DNA of 64,000 nt, taken from positions 4,608,001 through 4,672,000 of the forward strand of contig OZ244170.1 of the NCBI GenBank assembly GCA_965216565.1. The letters run 5' to 3'. This document shows, piece after piece, positions 37,394 through 48,662 of this stretch. How positions within the stretch are numbered: the stretch's first letter is position 1; each line of letters opens with the position of its first letter. The notes under the pieces are model-generated. The model saw nothing but the letters and a program-made list of their open reading frames with translations. It did no database searches and was not told where the DNA came from. A program made the translations under genes and the position numbers. Source of the DNA: Bythopirellula sp. GTDB taxonomy: Bacteria; Planctomycetota; Planctomycetia; Pirellulales; Lacipirellulaceae.

Positions 37394-37606
37394 TATGACG
37401 CTGCGCGTCGGAGAAACCCCCATATGAAGTGAACCGTTCGTAGGGTGTGCCATAGCAACGCGGCGGCACACCGAAGGGGATGATGTCAAATTCTCACTCT
37501 AGGTGGGCCTAAAGGCACCACCCTGCGGCAGTCAATTCAAAGTTGCTTCAGATTCATAGTCCTAAGCAACGTTATCGAGCCAGCGCAAAGAATATTTTCA
37601 TCCGCA

Positions 37607-38008
37607 CTAGTTGCGTCGCGGACGTTCCGTCAGCATCTCGGAATTCGACCGGAAGGTAATTCCCTGCAAGAACTTTGAGGCGATAATGCCGTTGTTGGCA
37701 AAGGCTCCATCCACCACCACTTCTACCTGCTGGGTATTCTCATCTAGCACGGCTGGGTTGACGGTCACGTTGAAGGAACGGGCTCCCACAATTTGCATGA
37801 TGCGAGTCGCTTCGGCTACGGCTTCGTCGGCCGTTGAACCGGGCACGATGGCCACGCGGACCGCTTCGTAGGCAGCATTGTCGGCAGTATGCCGAATGAC
37901 CACTTGCCAGCCAAACTCGAAGACAGTCAGGAGTACCAGAATGAAGACGGGCGCCGCGAATGCAAATTCTACGGCGGCGACTCCACGACGTTTCTTTGAG
38001 AATATCAT
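37607..38008 (-). CDS. TadE/TadG family pilus assembly protein
   Basis: RRGVAAVEFA prepilin motif plus TM, AAYEAVR. Confidence 0.9.
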   Translation of the reverse strand: MIFSKKRRGVAAVEFAFAAPVFILVLLTVFEFGWQVVIRHTADNAAYEAVRVAIVPGSTADEAVAEATRIMQIVGARSFNVTVNPAVLDENTQQVEVVVDGAFANNGIIASKFLQGITFRSNSEMLTERPRRN

Positions 38009-38032
38009 TGTCTTATTTGATCCAAATGGAAT

Positions 38033-39250
38033 CTAGTTGGTGAGCATCACGGGTAGCGAACGCGCGATTTCTCGAAAGGCTTCGGCCAAGTCGTTTTCGT
38101 TGTCGGCATGACGATGGGTACCGCCAGTGATTCGAGCTACATCCTGCATCAACGATTGATTGGCACCGCGGCTAAAGGTAATGGTGTGTACCACAATTCC
38201 GTCCGTTGCCGCTTGCTGAGCGATGACGTCAGGGCTGGTGCCTCGGTTGTGGACGCCGTCGGTCATCAGCACAACAGTCGGAAATGCGAAGGGTCGTGCA
38301 CCGGGACCTTTGACAGCCTGCAAGCCAGCAGCAAGCCCCGAGCCGATGGCCGTACTTCCACCGATGCCTTGTTGCAGCATCGAGTCGATAGGACCGCGTA
38401 ACGCCGCGGCGTTGGCTGAGAGATTGCTGTGAATCGACGCCTGCGGGAAGGTGATAAAGTGACTTGTCGCTCCGCGACAGCGGGTCGAAGTTTGCGAACA
38501 GGGTTGAGGCCCGCCGGGACAACATCGACAGCGAATGTTGACGGGGCTGCTATACGAGGCCAGGCAAATCAGCTCGTCTTGCGGGGTGGCATTCAGCTCG
38601 TCGATAAAGGCGTCGACCGCACGCGAAAGAGCGGCAAACCGGGTGTCGTTGGCGAGCGGGCCACAGGGCTCTAGTGTTCCGTTGTTGGTGCTGTTTACTG
38701 GTTGGGTCATCGAACCGGAGCGGTCGATCACCACACAAATGTCGCGATCCAGGTTCGTGGCAGTGGCCGGGAGACGATAGTCTTGCACGGGTATGCCTGC
38801 TAGTCGCCCGAACAAACCGATCACAGGATCGTTCGCTGTAATATTGCCATCGACCTGCACAGAGTTGATCTGAGTGCCGCCGGGGCTGAATTGAAATCGG
38901 CTCAGTGGACCGCCTTGCTGACGCGATTCGCCAAGGGTGATGTTCGCGGCATCTAAGACTAGGCCATTGCCAGCAACATTATTCCGCGACGCGGCATCGA
39001 TCGCTGCGTTGATCGCAGAGGCTTGCGACTGATCGAGCGACAGCCGCTTGGCTCCTGCCCGAGCAGCAAAGTCTGTCGCGGTTCGTAGCTCGCTGCGGAG
39101 CAACTGAGCTTTGGCGATATACAGCCCAAAGCCAGCGATCAGCAGGATAATGGGAAGCAGTACGCAAAACAGCACCAGGATTGCTCCCTGACGATGCGTC
39201 GCAAATCTGAAATTCGAAAACAATTGATTTCGTTGTTTATTGGTGTTCAT
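38033..39250 (-). CDS. TadG-like protein with a vWA domain
   Basis: RQGAILVL N-terminal TM; MIDAS DRSGSM, T.IG.GL, LMTDG. Confidence 0.88.
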   Translation of the reverse strand: MNTNKQRNQLFSNFRFATHRQGAILVLFCVLLPIILLIAGFGLYIAKAQLLRSELRTATDFAARAGAKRLSLDQSQASAINAAIDAASRNNVAGNGLVLDAANITLGESRQQGGPLSRFQFSPGGTQINSVQVDGNITANDPVIGLFGRLAGIPVQDYRLPATATNLDRDICVVIDRSGSMTQPVNSTNNGTLEPCGPLANDTRFAALSRAVDAFIDELNATPQDELICLASYSSPVNIRCRCCPGGPQPCSQTSTRCRGATSHFITFPQASIHSNLSANAAALRGPIDSMLQQGIGGSTAIGSGLAAGLQAVKGPGARPFAFPTVVLMTDGVHNRGTSPDVIAQQAATDGIVVHTITFSRGANQSLMQDVARITGGTHRHADNENDLAEAFREIARSLPVMLTN

Positions 39251-39310
39251 TAGTTTTTGCTCAAGTTACTTTTGCTTGAATTGCGAAAGTGGATCGATGG
39301 GCTATCAGGA

Positions 39311-39730
39311 TTAACGGGACTCTGTTTCTTTCATGGCGACAGCTTGTGAATCGAGGGTGATCCCCGCGAATTGCTGAAAGATTCCGATCGTGTTGGGAGC
39401 TGCTGGTGCCGTGACCTGGACGGTGAAAAAATCTCCGATGTTGACGGCAGCCAGATTCGCAGGCGTCACGGTAATCTGCGCCCCGGTGATCCGTCGCTGG
39501 TCAAGAATTGCTTGGGCCGCAGCGGTTGCATCCGCGGCAGTTGCAGCAGGTTGAACAGCTCGGTGAGCACCTTCGTAGGCCGCAATGGTGAGCGCCTGCT
39601 TGGCGAATATCAGTGTGGCCAGTTCGATTACGCTGATGGAGATCAGCAGCAGAACGGGCAGGCAGACGGCCAGTTCCGTGATGGCAATGCCGCGTCGCCG
39701 CTGATTTTGTCGGGTTCTTTTAAATCTCAT
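39311..39730 (-). CDS. TadE family protein
   Basis: RRGIAITELAVCLP, AAYEGAH. Confidence 0.9.
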   Translation of the reverse strand: MRFKRTRQNQRRRGIAITELAVCLPVLLLISISVIELATLIFAKQALTIAAYEGAHRAVQPAATAADATAAAQAILDQRRITGAQITVTPANLAAVNIGDFFTVQVTAPAAPNTIGIFQQFAGITLDSQAVAMKETESR

Positions 39731-39796
39731 TATCGATATCTCTCAATTCGGTGGGGAGATTCAAGGGGTGAGCCAAGTTTGCTAATCGCAAGGATC

Positions 39797-40318
39797 TCAG
39801 TGGGCTGCTTGGGGTTCTTCCGTCGTTTCTGAAGCGACTTTGGAATCCGTTTCGGCTGCCGGCGATTTCGCTTTCGAGAAGATTTTTTCAGCTTCTCGAT
39901 ACTGATTCACCATGTGCACCAGCGAATTGAGATCTTCGACCAACGCGGCATGGGTATCGTCCTCGCGAACTTGAAGTGGCTCGAGTGGCTGATTCTCCTC
40001 TGCGTTCTGGAGCATGTCGCGAATTCGGTAGACGGGGCCGAAAATGCGATGAGACAGCTTGAGATAGTCGTAAACAAACACAGGCAGAAACGCCGCGAGT
40101 GTGAGCAGAATTGGCACAAACGAGCGGAATGCACTGCTTACGTTGGCGCTAAACCCTGCGAACGGGTCCATGCATACCTGCACAAGGAAGGAAACGAAGC
40201 CTGCTCCGGCAATAAAGATGAACCAGTGAGCGGTGCATCTCCAGATGATGGCCCCTTGGGCCTTCTTGTCGACGAGCAGCGATTTGCGAGCGGACTGAGT
40301 ATTCGTGTTCATGGCCAA
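39797..40318 (-). CDS. Hypothetical membrane protein with two TMs
   Basis: RKSLLVD...QGAI, two hydrophobic segments, SHRIFGPVYR. Confidence 0.75.
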   Translation of the reverse strand: MAMNTNTQSARKSLLVDKKAQGAIIWRCTAHWFIFIAGAGFVSFLVQVCMDPFAGFSANVSSAFRSFVPILLTLAAFLPVFVYDYLKLSHRIFGPVYRIRDMLQNAEENQPLEPLQVREDDTHAALVEDLNSLVHMVNQYREAEKIFSKAKSPAAETDSKVASETTEEPQAAH

Positions 40319-40697
40319 TTCCTCTGAACAAACAATAGAGATAGATTTCAGACTTTACTGGAACGTAGCTTACGTGCGTGCCCCGGGCTGGTCCGAATGC
40401 TTGAGGGCGGGGAGAGAATGAGCCAATTCCCATTCGTTCACCAAGCTTTCGTGGGATTGTGACGGCTGTAGGAGATGGCAGGGTACCCCGCGTGGCGACT
40501 GCGCAAATCGGAGGAACGACTTTGGAATTAGGCGATCTGAGGCTGAGACAGCGTTTTTTGTCGAAAATTCTGGACAAAACGCATCTCACCAATTTGATTC
40601 CCGGGCGACTTAAAATAGACTTAAGGACAAGAGGGCGCTGAAGTTGCTCCGTTAGGAGAGGCTTCAGCCATTTCGTTTAACTAGAGGGGAGAACCAT

Positions 40698-41021
40698 ATG
40701 TCTCGTTTTTCTGGGCTGGCTGCCATCGTGGTAGCCGTTGCCGTATGGACTAGTTCGGTGAGTTCGGCTGAGGCTTGCGGTGGCGCGGCGTGCTGCTGTC
40801 CACCTCCGCCAATTCACACCACATTGACCGTCGCACCGCCTTGCAGTTGCTGCTCGCAGGTCGTCTCTGTGTGCGTGCCTGGCTGCTGCACCGAAGCACC
40901 TTCGGTTTGCTGGCGAACAGGTTTGTTCGGTCGCCAAATTGGCACCTACACCTGGGCTGGCTGCGGCCATACCGTCAAGGTAGTGGTCACGCGTCGCGGC
41001 GATGTCCGCGTTCGTGGCTGA
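40698..41021 (+). CDS. Small secreted Cys-rich protein
   Basis: RBS GGGGAG, signal peptide ending AEA, CCCPPPP and CVPGCC; followed by a terminator. Confidence 0.8.
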   Translation: MSRFSGLAAIVVAVAVWTSSVSSAEACGGAACCCPPPPIHTTLTVAPPCSCCSQVVSVCVPGCCTEAPSVCWRTGLFGRQIGTYTWAGCGHTVKVVVTRRGDVRVRG

Positions 41022-41044
41022 GATAGTTGATGTCGTAAAATAAG

Positions 41045-41077
41045 AAAAAGGCGGGGTCTACGGGCCTCGCCTTTTTT
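41045..41077 (+). terminator. Intrinsic terminator, possibly bidirectional
   Basis: AAAAAGGCGGGG-tctacggg-CCTCGCCTTTTTT. Confidence 0.75.
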
Positions 41078-41334
41078 GCTGCGCTCCCTTTGCATGCTGA
41101 AATAGCACGCGCTTCAAAATTAGGGAGCCGAACGCGCTAGCGTCGAGTAGCATCAGGATAACGCCTAATTTTACGCTACCCGCGGCTTGCGCCGTCGGCT
41201 CAGTCATAGCTGCTCTTGGCCTTGCAAGCGGATTTTGGTCGATGCAAGCTGATCTGGCCTTAGCCGGTGGGAACCGCCATAATCCGCCGCCCAAGATCTT
41301 TCGCTTTGCCTCACCAATCCCCCGACGATCTGCC

Positions 41335-42078
41335 ATGCGCTTCCGAGTTCAACTCGACATGTTCTCAGGTCCACTAAACCTGCTGTGGTATCTGGTGCGC
41401 AAACACGAATTGGACGTCTTGAATATTCCAATCGCGCGGGTTGCCGAGCAGTACTTGGAAATGATCACGGTGATCGAAGCGATCGACGTCAACGCAGTCG
41501 GTGATTTTCTGGAGATGGCAACCCGATTGATGGAAGCCAAGTCGAAGCTGATGCTCCCCCGACAGGAAGAAGAGGAAGAGGAACTCGAAGATCCCCGGGA
41601 CGACATTGTGCAGCGACTGCTGGAATACAAGAAGTACAAAGACGCAGCTAGTTTGCTCGAAGAGCGCGGCCACCAATGGCAGCGGAGGTTTACCCGCCGA
41701 CCGAACGACTTGCCGACCGAGCGGGTCGAGGCAGCCGAGCAGCCGATCCAAGAAGTGGAGATGTGGGACCTTGTAAGTGCGTTTGCGCGAGTCATTCGAG
41801 ACAATGCGGCCGCGCAGCCCTCGAGTATTCTCTACGACGATACGCCAATCGAAGTCTACATGGAACTGATTCGCAAGCGGCTCAGTTCGGAGCAACGCAT
41901 TGCATTCACCAGTCTCTTTGAAGCCGACATGCATCGCTCGAAGCTAGTCGGGATATTTCTGGCGATTTTGGAGCTCATTCGTCATCACCACGTGCACGTC
42001 GAACAAGAAGATCTGTTCGGCGAAATCTGGGTTCTAGATAGACAAGAGTTGAACATTGAGGGACGAGAGGCGGGTTAG
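41335..42078 (+). CDS. scpA: Segregation and condensation protein A
   Basis: FSGPLNLLWYLVRKHELD, MATRLMEAKSKLMLP, FLAILELIR. Confidence 0.92.
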   Translation: MRFRVQLDMFSGPLNLLWYLVRKHELDVLNIPIARVAEQYLEMITVIEAIDVNAVGDFLEMATRLMEAKSKLMLPRQEEEEEELEDPRDDIVQRLLEYKKYKDAASLLEERGHQWQRRFTRRPNDLPTERVEAAEQPIQEVEMWDLVSAFARVIRDNAAAQPSSILYDDTPIEVYMELIRKRLSSEQRIAFTSLFEADMHRSKLVGIFLAILELIRHHHVHVEQEDLFGEIWVLDRQELNIEGREAG

Positions 42079-42305
42079 CCACCTGTCCTGTCAGGGTCCG
42101 CCGAGGAATCTGTAGCAGCGAGAATCGATCGCCTAGGGACCAGCTTGAATAGTTCACGATCCTAGCCGGATTTCTCTCGACACTGGACTCCCATCTCTTG
42201 TCTCTCCGCTAGCCAAGCCTTTCCGAAACGTGTTCTGCGATCTACGATGGGTGATTCGCAACCACGCTCCAGCCACCACTGATAGCCACACCCTTAGGAA
42301 CCAAG

Positions 42306-43145
42306 ATGGTCGAAAATGCCCCGGTCCAAACGCTTGAGCACAACGGTCTGACGATCGAGGGCTACTCGCGCGCTGCCGTCCAAACGTATTGGCGGATCCC
42401 GGAGCTGAAAATCGGCTTCGACCTGGGGGCCCAGCCTTGGTCGTTTATGGGCACCGAATCTTGGTTCGTCTCGCATGGCCATTTGGATCACATCGCCGCA
42501 CTGCCTATCTATGTTGCCCGTCGTCGGATGATGAAGATGGAACCACCGACCATCTATTTGCCAGAATGCCTGGTGGAACCTTGCCAGCGGATCATGCATT
42601 TGTTTAGCCGAATGGATCGAGGGCGGATGCCTTGCGAGTTGGTCCCTCTAGAACCTGATCAGGAGATCGAGCTTTCGCGGGAATTGGTGGTTACCACTTC
42701 CGCAACCAAGCATACAGTTCCTTCGCTCGGTTACGTTGTCTGGGAGCGTCGCAACAAACTGAAGCCTGAGTATCGCAACTTGCCGGGAGACAAGATTCGC
42801 GATCTTCGATTGAGCGGAGAAGAGGTCACTGACGAGATTCGACAGCCTCTCTTGGCTTACGCAGGCGACACCGCTCCCAAAGGTTTGGACGACTGCCCGG
42901 CCATGTACCAAGCCAAAGTGCTCATCTGTGAAATGACATTCGTCGCGCCCGAACATCGCAAAGACAAAATCCACAAATTCGGGCATATGCATCTGGATGA
43001 CTTTGTCGAGCGGAGCGACCGATTCCAGAACGAGTTGATTGTCGCTTCCCATCTCAGCACGCGTTACCACCCACGAGTGGTAGAGCGAACCGTGCATCGT
43101 GCGTTTCCAGATATGCTTGATGGACGACTCAAGCTCTGGCTCTAA
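42306..43145 (+). CDS. MBL-fold metallo-hydrolase (RNase Z-like)
   Basis: SHGHLDH, HTVPSLGY, GDT, HLSTRY. Confidence 0.85.
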   Translation: MVENAPVQTLEHNGLTIEGYSRAAVQTYWRIPELKIGFDLGAQPWSFMGTESWFVSHGHLDHIAALPIYVARRRMMKMEPPTIYLPECLVEPCQRIMHLFSRMDRGRMPCELVPLEPDQEIELSRELVVTTSATKHTVPSLGYVVWERRNKLKPEYRNLPGDKIRDLRLSGEEVTDEIRQPLLAYAGDTAPKGLDDCPAMYQAKVLICEMTFVAPEHRKDKIHKFGHMHLDDFVERSDRFQNELIVASHLSTRYHPRVVERTVHRAFPDMLDGRLKLWL

Positions 43146-43389
43146 GGGGAATACCCGCCTCTGCCTCCCATAAGGCTTCAGCGGAACTTCCAGAGTTTTT
43201 CGCGTGATTTCCAGATTACCGGCGACTAAGGTCTTCGGAACGAGGAGTTTGCTTCCTCCTGGGGAACCTTTTGCTGGCATGTTGTATCTCAAAGATCAAT
43301 CGCATAGTTTGAAATCTTGGAGGTTCTCAGTCCTAGGTCTTAGGGTCGTAACTTACCATTTGCGTCACTCACTCTCGGGAGCAGTGGTC

Positions 43390-45999
43390 ATGCCTATCAC
43401 TAGCAAGATTAGAGCCACATTCATCGCTTGCGGAACTGCGGCTCTGTGCACACTGGCTATGCTGATTTCGGCAGCTCAAGCCCAACAGGGTGATTCGGGC
43501 TTCAAGTACTTAGAGGTCAAGCTTGTGGATTCCGAGGGAAATGCACCCAGCGATGCGGGTGTAGAAGTGACGATGGACGGAATAAGTTTTCCCATGATGG
43601 CAAGTGACGAAGGCATTGTTTCCCTAAACGTGCCCTCCAGCGGTGGAAATGGACTGCAACTGAAAGTCGATTGCGAGGGATTCGCTTCGACAGTTGTCTC
43701 ATGGTCGAGAGACCAGACTATTCCCACCGAGTACACCATCAAAATGCAAAAAGCAGTTGAGATTGGTGGCATTGTTCACGACGAGCAGGGTCAGCCAGTC
43801 GAGGGTGCGACCGTCGTGGCCAGTAACCCGCTTGATCGAATGACCCGCGGAGTTTTGGCAGCGACAATCAGTGGTGAGCTTGGTTCGACCGATTCCGAAG
43901 GCCGCTGGAACTATGCCAAAGCTCCCGACAAGAAAATAAACGTCTTCCTGAAAGTTTCCCATCCCGATTATCTGGACGACAACATGCGTCATCCAGTGAC
44001 CTACGATCAGCTGCGAGCGAAAGATCATGTACTCGTCTTGAAGAAAGGCATTGAGCTACGAGGTACAGTGACCGACTCACTCGGGATGCCTGTCGAAGGG
44101 GCCAAGATCGCACTGGGGAGCAACCTGGGTTCCAAGGATCACGAACAATTTACCGATGACAAGGGCAATTATGTGTTCGGCAACCTGCTCCCTGGCAGTG
44201 TTGTGATGACTGTCTATTCTCCCGACTATGCACCCGAGTTGAAGGTATTGCCAACAGTATCTGGCATGGAACCGGTCGATATCCAACTCGATCGGGGCAA
44301 GCCGATGAGAATCCGGGTAACCGATCCCGATGGCCAGCCAATCGCGGGAGTTGGAGTTGTTGCCGATACCTGGCGTGGTCAGCGAACGCTTTATCAACTC
44401 GGCATGCCATCTCGTACCGATAGCGAAGGGCTTTGTGTTTGGAAGCATGCTCCCACGGACGAGATGCAATACGACTTTTGGCATGGCGATCACATGTCAC
44501 TGCGAAATCAGAAGCTGACCGCTGGGAGAGAGGTACACGAAATCGAGCTTCCCTGGCCTCTGGAACTAACTGGCACCGTGGTCGATGCTGATACCGATGC
44601 CCCCATTGAGAAGTTCGAGATCGTCCAGGGAATGCGATACAACGGCAGAAACAATCGAATCCATTGGGAGCGTTACAACATCAAGCAAGGTAGGCAAGGC
44701 AAGTTCAATGTGAAATATACCGAGCCACGTCCCGAACATTTAGTTCGAATTGAAGCAGTCGGGTATAGGCCTGTGGTCTCTAGAGGGATTAAGAGTGACG
44801 AGGGACTCGTCGAATTGGAGTTTAAGCTGGAAAAAGGTACCGGCCCCAGCGGCGTAGTGACCTTGCCAGATGGTTCTCCCGCAGCGGGTGTAGAAGTGGT
44901 GATGGCAAGCGGAAACAGTCCGACTTCCATTCAGAACGGTTCCGCTGTGCATAGTGAGGGCGTGAAAGTAGTCACCGACGAAGACGGACAATACCAGCTA
45001 CCGTATCCAGACGGTGAATATCTTGTCGTCTTCTTACACGAACAAGGGTGGAGGCAACTTAGCGGCGAGCAACTTGACCAATCAACAGACGTCCAATTGC
45101 AAGAATGGGCTCGAGTTCAAGGAGTGGCGAAAGCGGGGGCAGAGCCAGTGGCCAACGAGCAAGTCTCCTTGAATTTCGCAGCGACCAGATACGATCCCGA
45201 TCGACCGCAGGTCTATTGGAATTACTACGCGAATACCGATGCTCATGGAAACTTCGCGATTGAGAAAGTGAAGAGCGGATCGGCCACGGTTGCCCGAATG
45301 GTATCTATCGGAGGCAACGCAAATGGCGTTGGACGTATTTCGACCAATTCACATACGACGCCGGTCGATCTCAAGTCTGGCGAAACGGCCCAGGTGCAAA
45401 TTGGAGGTACGGGTCGGCGAGTGAAAGGCAAATTCACCGTCGACAAAGAACTTGAGTCGGTTGTCTCTTGGTCGATGGCGCAAGTGCAGTTCTACGAGCA
45501 GCCTCCACAGATGAATTCTGCGGGAGGGTTCTTCTATCAATGGGGCAAAGCAGTTGCTGAAGGCAGTGGTTGGGCACCGTCCACGACTATTGCCGCGCAG
45601 CAGCAACCAGATTTTCGGCGCAGCTATGCGACCGGAGTCAATGAACAGGGCGAGTTCGAGCTATTTGACGTCCACCCGGGAACTTATAACTTTGGCGTGA
45701 CGATCTACGAGAAGCCAGTTGGCAACAACTTCAATTGGAACTCCATCGGTAGATTTAACAAAAGGGTGGTAATCCCCAAGAGTCAAACCGAGGAGGACAA
45801 GGGAACTCCCGGCGACAACGAAAATGACGAACCCATAGAGTTGGGGGAATACAATGTGGAAATCGTCGTCAACAACCCTTCAAACAACGCAGCTTTTATT
45901 CAAGTCGCACCTCCGCAAACAAACGCTGTATTTGAGATAGAGGTGAAGGAGGAACCAGTAGAACTCGAAACCGCGACCGATGAGGCAATAGCCGAATAG
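43390..45999 (+). CDS. Secreted protein with repeated carboxypeptidase-regulatory-like beta-sandwich domains
   Basis: Signal peptide; repeated G.V.D..G.PV.GA.V...TD..G.[YF]. Confidence 0.8.
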   Translation: MPITSKIRATFIACGTAALCTLAMLISAAQAQQGDSGFKYLEVKLVDSEGNAPSDAGVEVTMDGISFPMMASDEGIVSLNVPSSGGNGLQLKVDCEGFASTVVSWSRDQTIPTEYTIKMQKAVEIGGIVHDEQGQPVEGATVVASNPLDRMTRGVLAATISGELGSTDSEGRWNYAKAPDKKINVFLKVSHPDYLDDNMRHPVTYDQLRAKDHVLVLKKGIELRGTVTDSLGMPVEGAKIALGSNLGSKDHEQFTDDKGNYVFGNLLPGSVVMTVYSPDYAPELKVLPTVSGMEPVDIQLDRGKPMRIRVTDPDGQPIAGVGVVADTWRGQRTLYQLGMPSRTDSEGLCVWKHAPTDEMQYDFWHGDHMSLRNQKLTAGREVHEIELPWPLELTGTVVDADTDAPIEKFEIVQGMRYNGRNNRIHWERYNIKQGRQGKFNVKYTEPRPEHLVRIEAVGYRPVVSRGIKSDEGLVELEFKLEKGTGPSGVVTLPDGSPAAGVEVVMASGNSPTSIQNGSAVHSEGVKVVTDEDGQYQLPYPDGEYLVVFLHEQGWRQLSGEQLDQSTDVQLQEWARVQGVAKAGAEPVANEQVSLNFAATRYDPDRPQVYWNYYANTDAHGNFAIEKVKSGSATVARMVSIGGNANGVGRISTNSHTTPVDLKSGETAQVQIGGTGRRVKGKFTVDKELESVVSWSMAQVQFYEQPPQMNSAGGFFYQWGKAVAEGSGWAPSTTIAAQQQPDFRRSYATGVNEQGEFELFDVHPGTYNFGVTIYEKPVGNNFNWNSIGRFNKRVVIPKSQTEEDKGTPGDNENDEPIELGEYNVEIVVNNPSNNAAFIQVAPPQTNAVFEIEVKEEPVELETATDEAIAE

Positions 46000-46012
46000 A
46001 GGAGTAATTCCT

Positions 46013-48088
46013 CTAATGTACTCGCTGCCCTGGCACGGCACCTTCGTCTGGCGAGAGTAGGAACACTTCCTCGCCACCGGGCCCGCTCGCGACGACCATG
46101 CCTTCGCTCATGCCAAATTTCATCTTGCGTGGCGCAAGATTAGCAACGCACACCACGAGTCGTCCGACGAGTTTCTCAGGCTCGTAGGCGGCTTTGATAC
46201 CCGCAAATACCTGCTTGTACTCGCCGCCGCCCAGGCTGAGTTTCAGCTTCAGCAGTTTGCGCGCGTCCGGTACCTGTTCAGCCTCGACCACTCGGGCGAC
46301 TCGCAGGTCTACCTTGGTGAACTCGTCGTAAGTACACTCCTCAGCCATGGGTTCCGCAGCGAGTGCGTCGCCTGAGTCTTTCCAGGAGTCGCTCGGGGCG
46401 AATTCCCGCGATGCTGAAGTATCGCTCGCCGGTGCCTGGTCTGTGGGCTGTTCTGCTTTGCTTTCATCAATCATCGCGTTCAGGTCCTTTTCTTCAACTC
46501 GTTGGAGCATGTGTTTAAATTTGGCAACCGGCTTGCCCGTCAGCGGGGTTCTCGCCTGGTCCCAACTGGTAATCGGATCTCCCAGCAAATCGCCGGTTTG
46601 CTGGGCAAGGCGCGGTAGTACAGGGGCTAAATAAATCGCCAATTGCCGGAATAAATTGAGAGCAATTGTGCAGACGTCCTGCAATCGCTGGGCCTGATCG
46701 GCATCTTTGCGCAACTCCCAGGGTTTGTTCTCCTCGACGAACGGATTGGCTCGATCGGCAAGAGCCATGATCAGTCGCATGGCTTTGTTAAAGTCGCAGG
46801 CTTCGTAAGCCGCGGCTATCTCATCCCCCTGTTCGGCGGCGTGCTCAAAGAGCCCGCCATCATCGGGGTAGCTTTCGGAAAGGCCGGTCTTGGCCAGGAA
46901 CTTTGCCGAACGACTGGCCAAATTGATCACCTTACCGACCAGATCCGTATTTACCTTGGCCGCAAACTCTTCGAGCGAGAGATCGAGATCGTCCACACGC
47001 GGCGAAAGTTTAGTGGCGTAGAAATATCGCAAGTAGCTTGGATCGAGATGATTCAAGTACGTCCGCGCCATGACGAAGGTACCCTTGCTCTTCGACATTT
47101 TTTCGCCATCAACGGTCAGAAACCCGTGAATGTGAACCTTCGTCGGTAGATTGTAGCCAGCAGTCTTGAGCATGCCTGGCCAGAACAAGGTATGGAAATA
47201 GGTAATGTCTTTGCCGATGAAGTGATGAATTTCTGTATCAGAAGATTTCCACCAGGAATCGAAGTCCGCGCCGGTTCGATCGCACCATTGCCGTGTCGAA
47301 GCCATGTAGCCAATGGGGGCATCGAACCAGACGTACCAGAAGTTGCCTGGGCTATCGGGAATCTCAAACCCAAAGTAGGGCGCAGGGCGGGAGATATCCC
47401 AATCACGGAGTGGATCGCCTAGAAAATGGCCCTTCAGATAGTTGGCAATCTCCGGCTGCAGAGAATCTCCAGACTGGGTCCACTCTTCGAGAAACCCGTG
47501 CAGCTGCTCCAGTTCGATGAATAAATGCTTCGCGGAACGCACCTCCGGTGTGGAACCGCTCAGAGTACTCTTGGGATCGATCAAATCGGCCGGACTGTAT
47601 TGATGCCCGCATACACTGCAGTTGTCGCCCGGCTGCTCGGTCGCATTGCACTTGGGACAGGTGCCCCGAACGAAGCGATCGGCTAGAAATGTTCCAGCCT
47701 CGACATCAAACAGTTGCTCGACATCATCTTCCTTAACGAGGCCCGCCTTACGAATCGATTGCCAAATCTCTGTGCACAGCGTGCGATTCTCCTCGCTATG
47801 CGTACTACCGTAGTTGTCGAATTCGATGCCAAACTTCGCGAAGTCCTCCTCGTGAGCCGTTTGCATTTCTGCAATCAGATCTTCTTCGCTCCGACCCTCT
47901 TGTTGGGCGCGAAGCATAATGGCTGTGCCGTGGGTGTCGTCGGCACACATGTAGCGGCAATCGTGCCCGCGCAGCTTTTGAAACCGTACCCAGAAGTCGG
48001 TCATCAGGTATTCGACCAGATGACCAATGTGGATGTGTCCATTGGCATACGGCAAGGCAGAGGTTACTAGGATGCGGCGTGGAGTCAT
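46013..48088 (-). CDS. metG: Methionine--tRNA ligase
   Basis: PYANG.IHIGH, KMSKS, zinc knuckle, C-terminal tRNA-binding domain. Confidence 0.98.
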   Translation of the reverse strand: MTPRRILVTSALPYANGHIHIGHLVEYLMTDFWVRFQKLRGHDCRYMCADDTHGTAIMLRAQQEGRSEEDLIAEMQTAHEEDFAKFGIEFDNYGSTHSEENRTLCTEIWQSIRKAGLVKEDDVEQLFDVEAGTFLADRFVRGTCPKCNATEQPGDNCSVCGHQYSPADLIDPKSTLSGSTPEVRSAKHLFIELEQLHGFLEEWTQSGDSLQPEIANYLKGHFLGDPLRDWDISRPAPYFGFEIPDSPGNFWYVWFDAPIGYMASTRQWCDRTGADFDSWWKSSDTEIHHFIGKDITYFHTLFWPGMLKTAGYNLPTKVHIHGFLTVDGEKMSKSKGTFVMARTYLNHLDPSYLRYFYATKLSPRVDDLDLSLEEFAAKVNTDLVGKVINLASRSAKFLAKTGLSESYPDDGGLFEHAAEQGDEIAAAYEACDFNKAMRLIMALADRANPFVEENKPWELRKDADQAQRLQDVCTIALNLFRQLAIYLAPVLPRLAQQTGDLLGDPITSWDQARTPLTGKPVAKFKHMLQRVEEKDLNAMIDESKAEQPTDQAPASDTSASREFAPSDSWKDSGDALAAEPMAEECTYDEFTKVDLRVARVVEAEQVPDARKLLKLKLSLGGGEYKQVFAGIKAAYEPEKLVGRLVVCVANLAPRKMKFGMSEGMVVASGPGGEEVFLLSPDEGAVPGQRVH

Positions 48089-48479
48089 GGATTGCGTTGC
48101 GTCGTGAAAAACGTTTGGGGCGAGAATCTATTTCAGGCGAGAAAATAATTCATGCTATCACTGCTGCTATTACGGTATGTGAGTAACTCAGATTCGTCAT
48201 TGTAGCGGCGCTCTGGCTAGCTCGGGAACCCACGTTTGGCATAGCAAATGCACTAGATAAACCATCGTTTTGATCATCCCGCATGAGGATGCTCGTCACA
48301 GCATTTGCAAGGTAATTCAGCATGTTCAACTTGGTGTCTGGCGTTCGCCCGGCGAGTTGATCTTGTAAGTTTTACTAAAGTTAGGGAAAGTGCCGCCTCG
48401 CTCCTCTGCCAGATCCCAGAAAAGGGTGGATGGCCAGAGGTAAGTAGGCAGCGAATTGATATCCCGCAGTAGACCGTTG

Positions 48480-48530
48480 CCAAGCAGTGCCAAAGGCCAA
48501 GCAGTGTCAAAGGCCAAGCAGTGTCAAAGG
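48480..48530. repeat. Three tandem copies of a 17-bp unit
   Basis: CCAAGCAGTG(C/T)CAAAGG at 48480, 48497 and 48514. Confidence 0.9.
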
Positions 48531-48662
48531 ATTGATGCTGTCGTTCGGTGTGTTTCACACGTTGGACGTTCCTCCGAACTTGTTCGGAACAAAATAACGA
48601 ATACACCAGCTAAGCATCGCTTAGCCCTATTACCTACGACCAGGTATCCATGGAGGGAACCG

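Noticed and set aside
48480..48530. CRISPR array
   Set aside because: Repeats are 17 bp, contiguous and spacerless, with no cas genes; no CRISPR array was seen in the window
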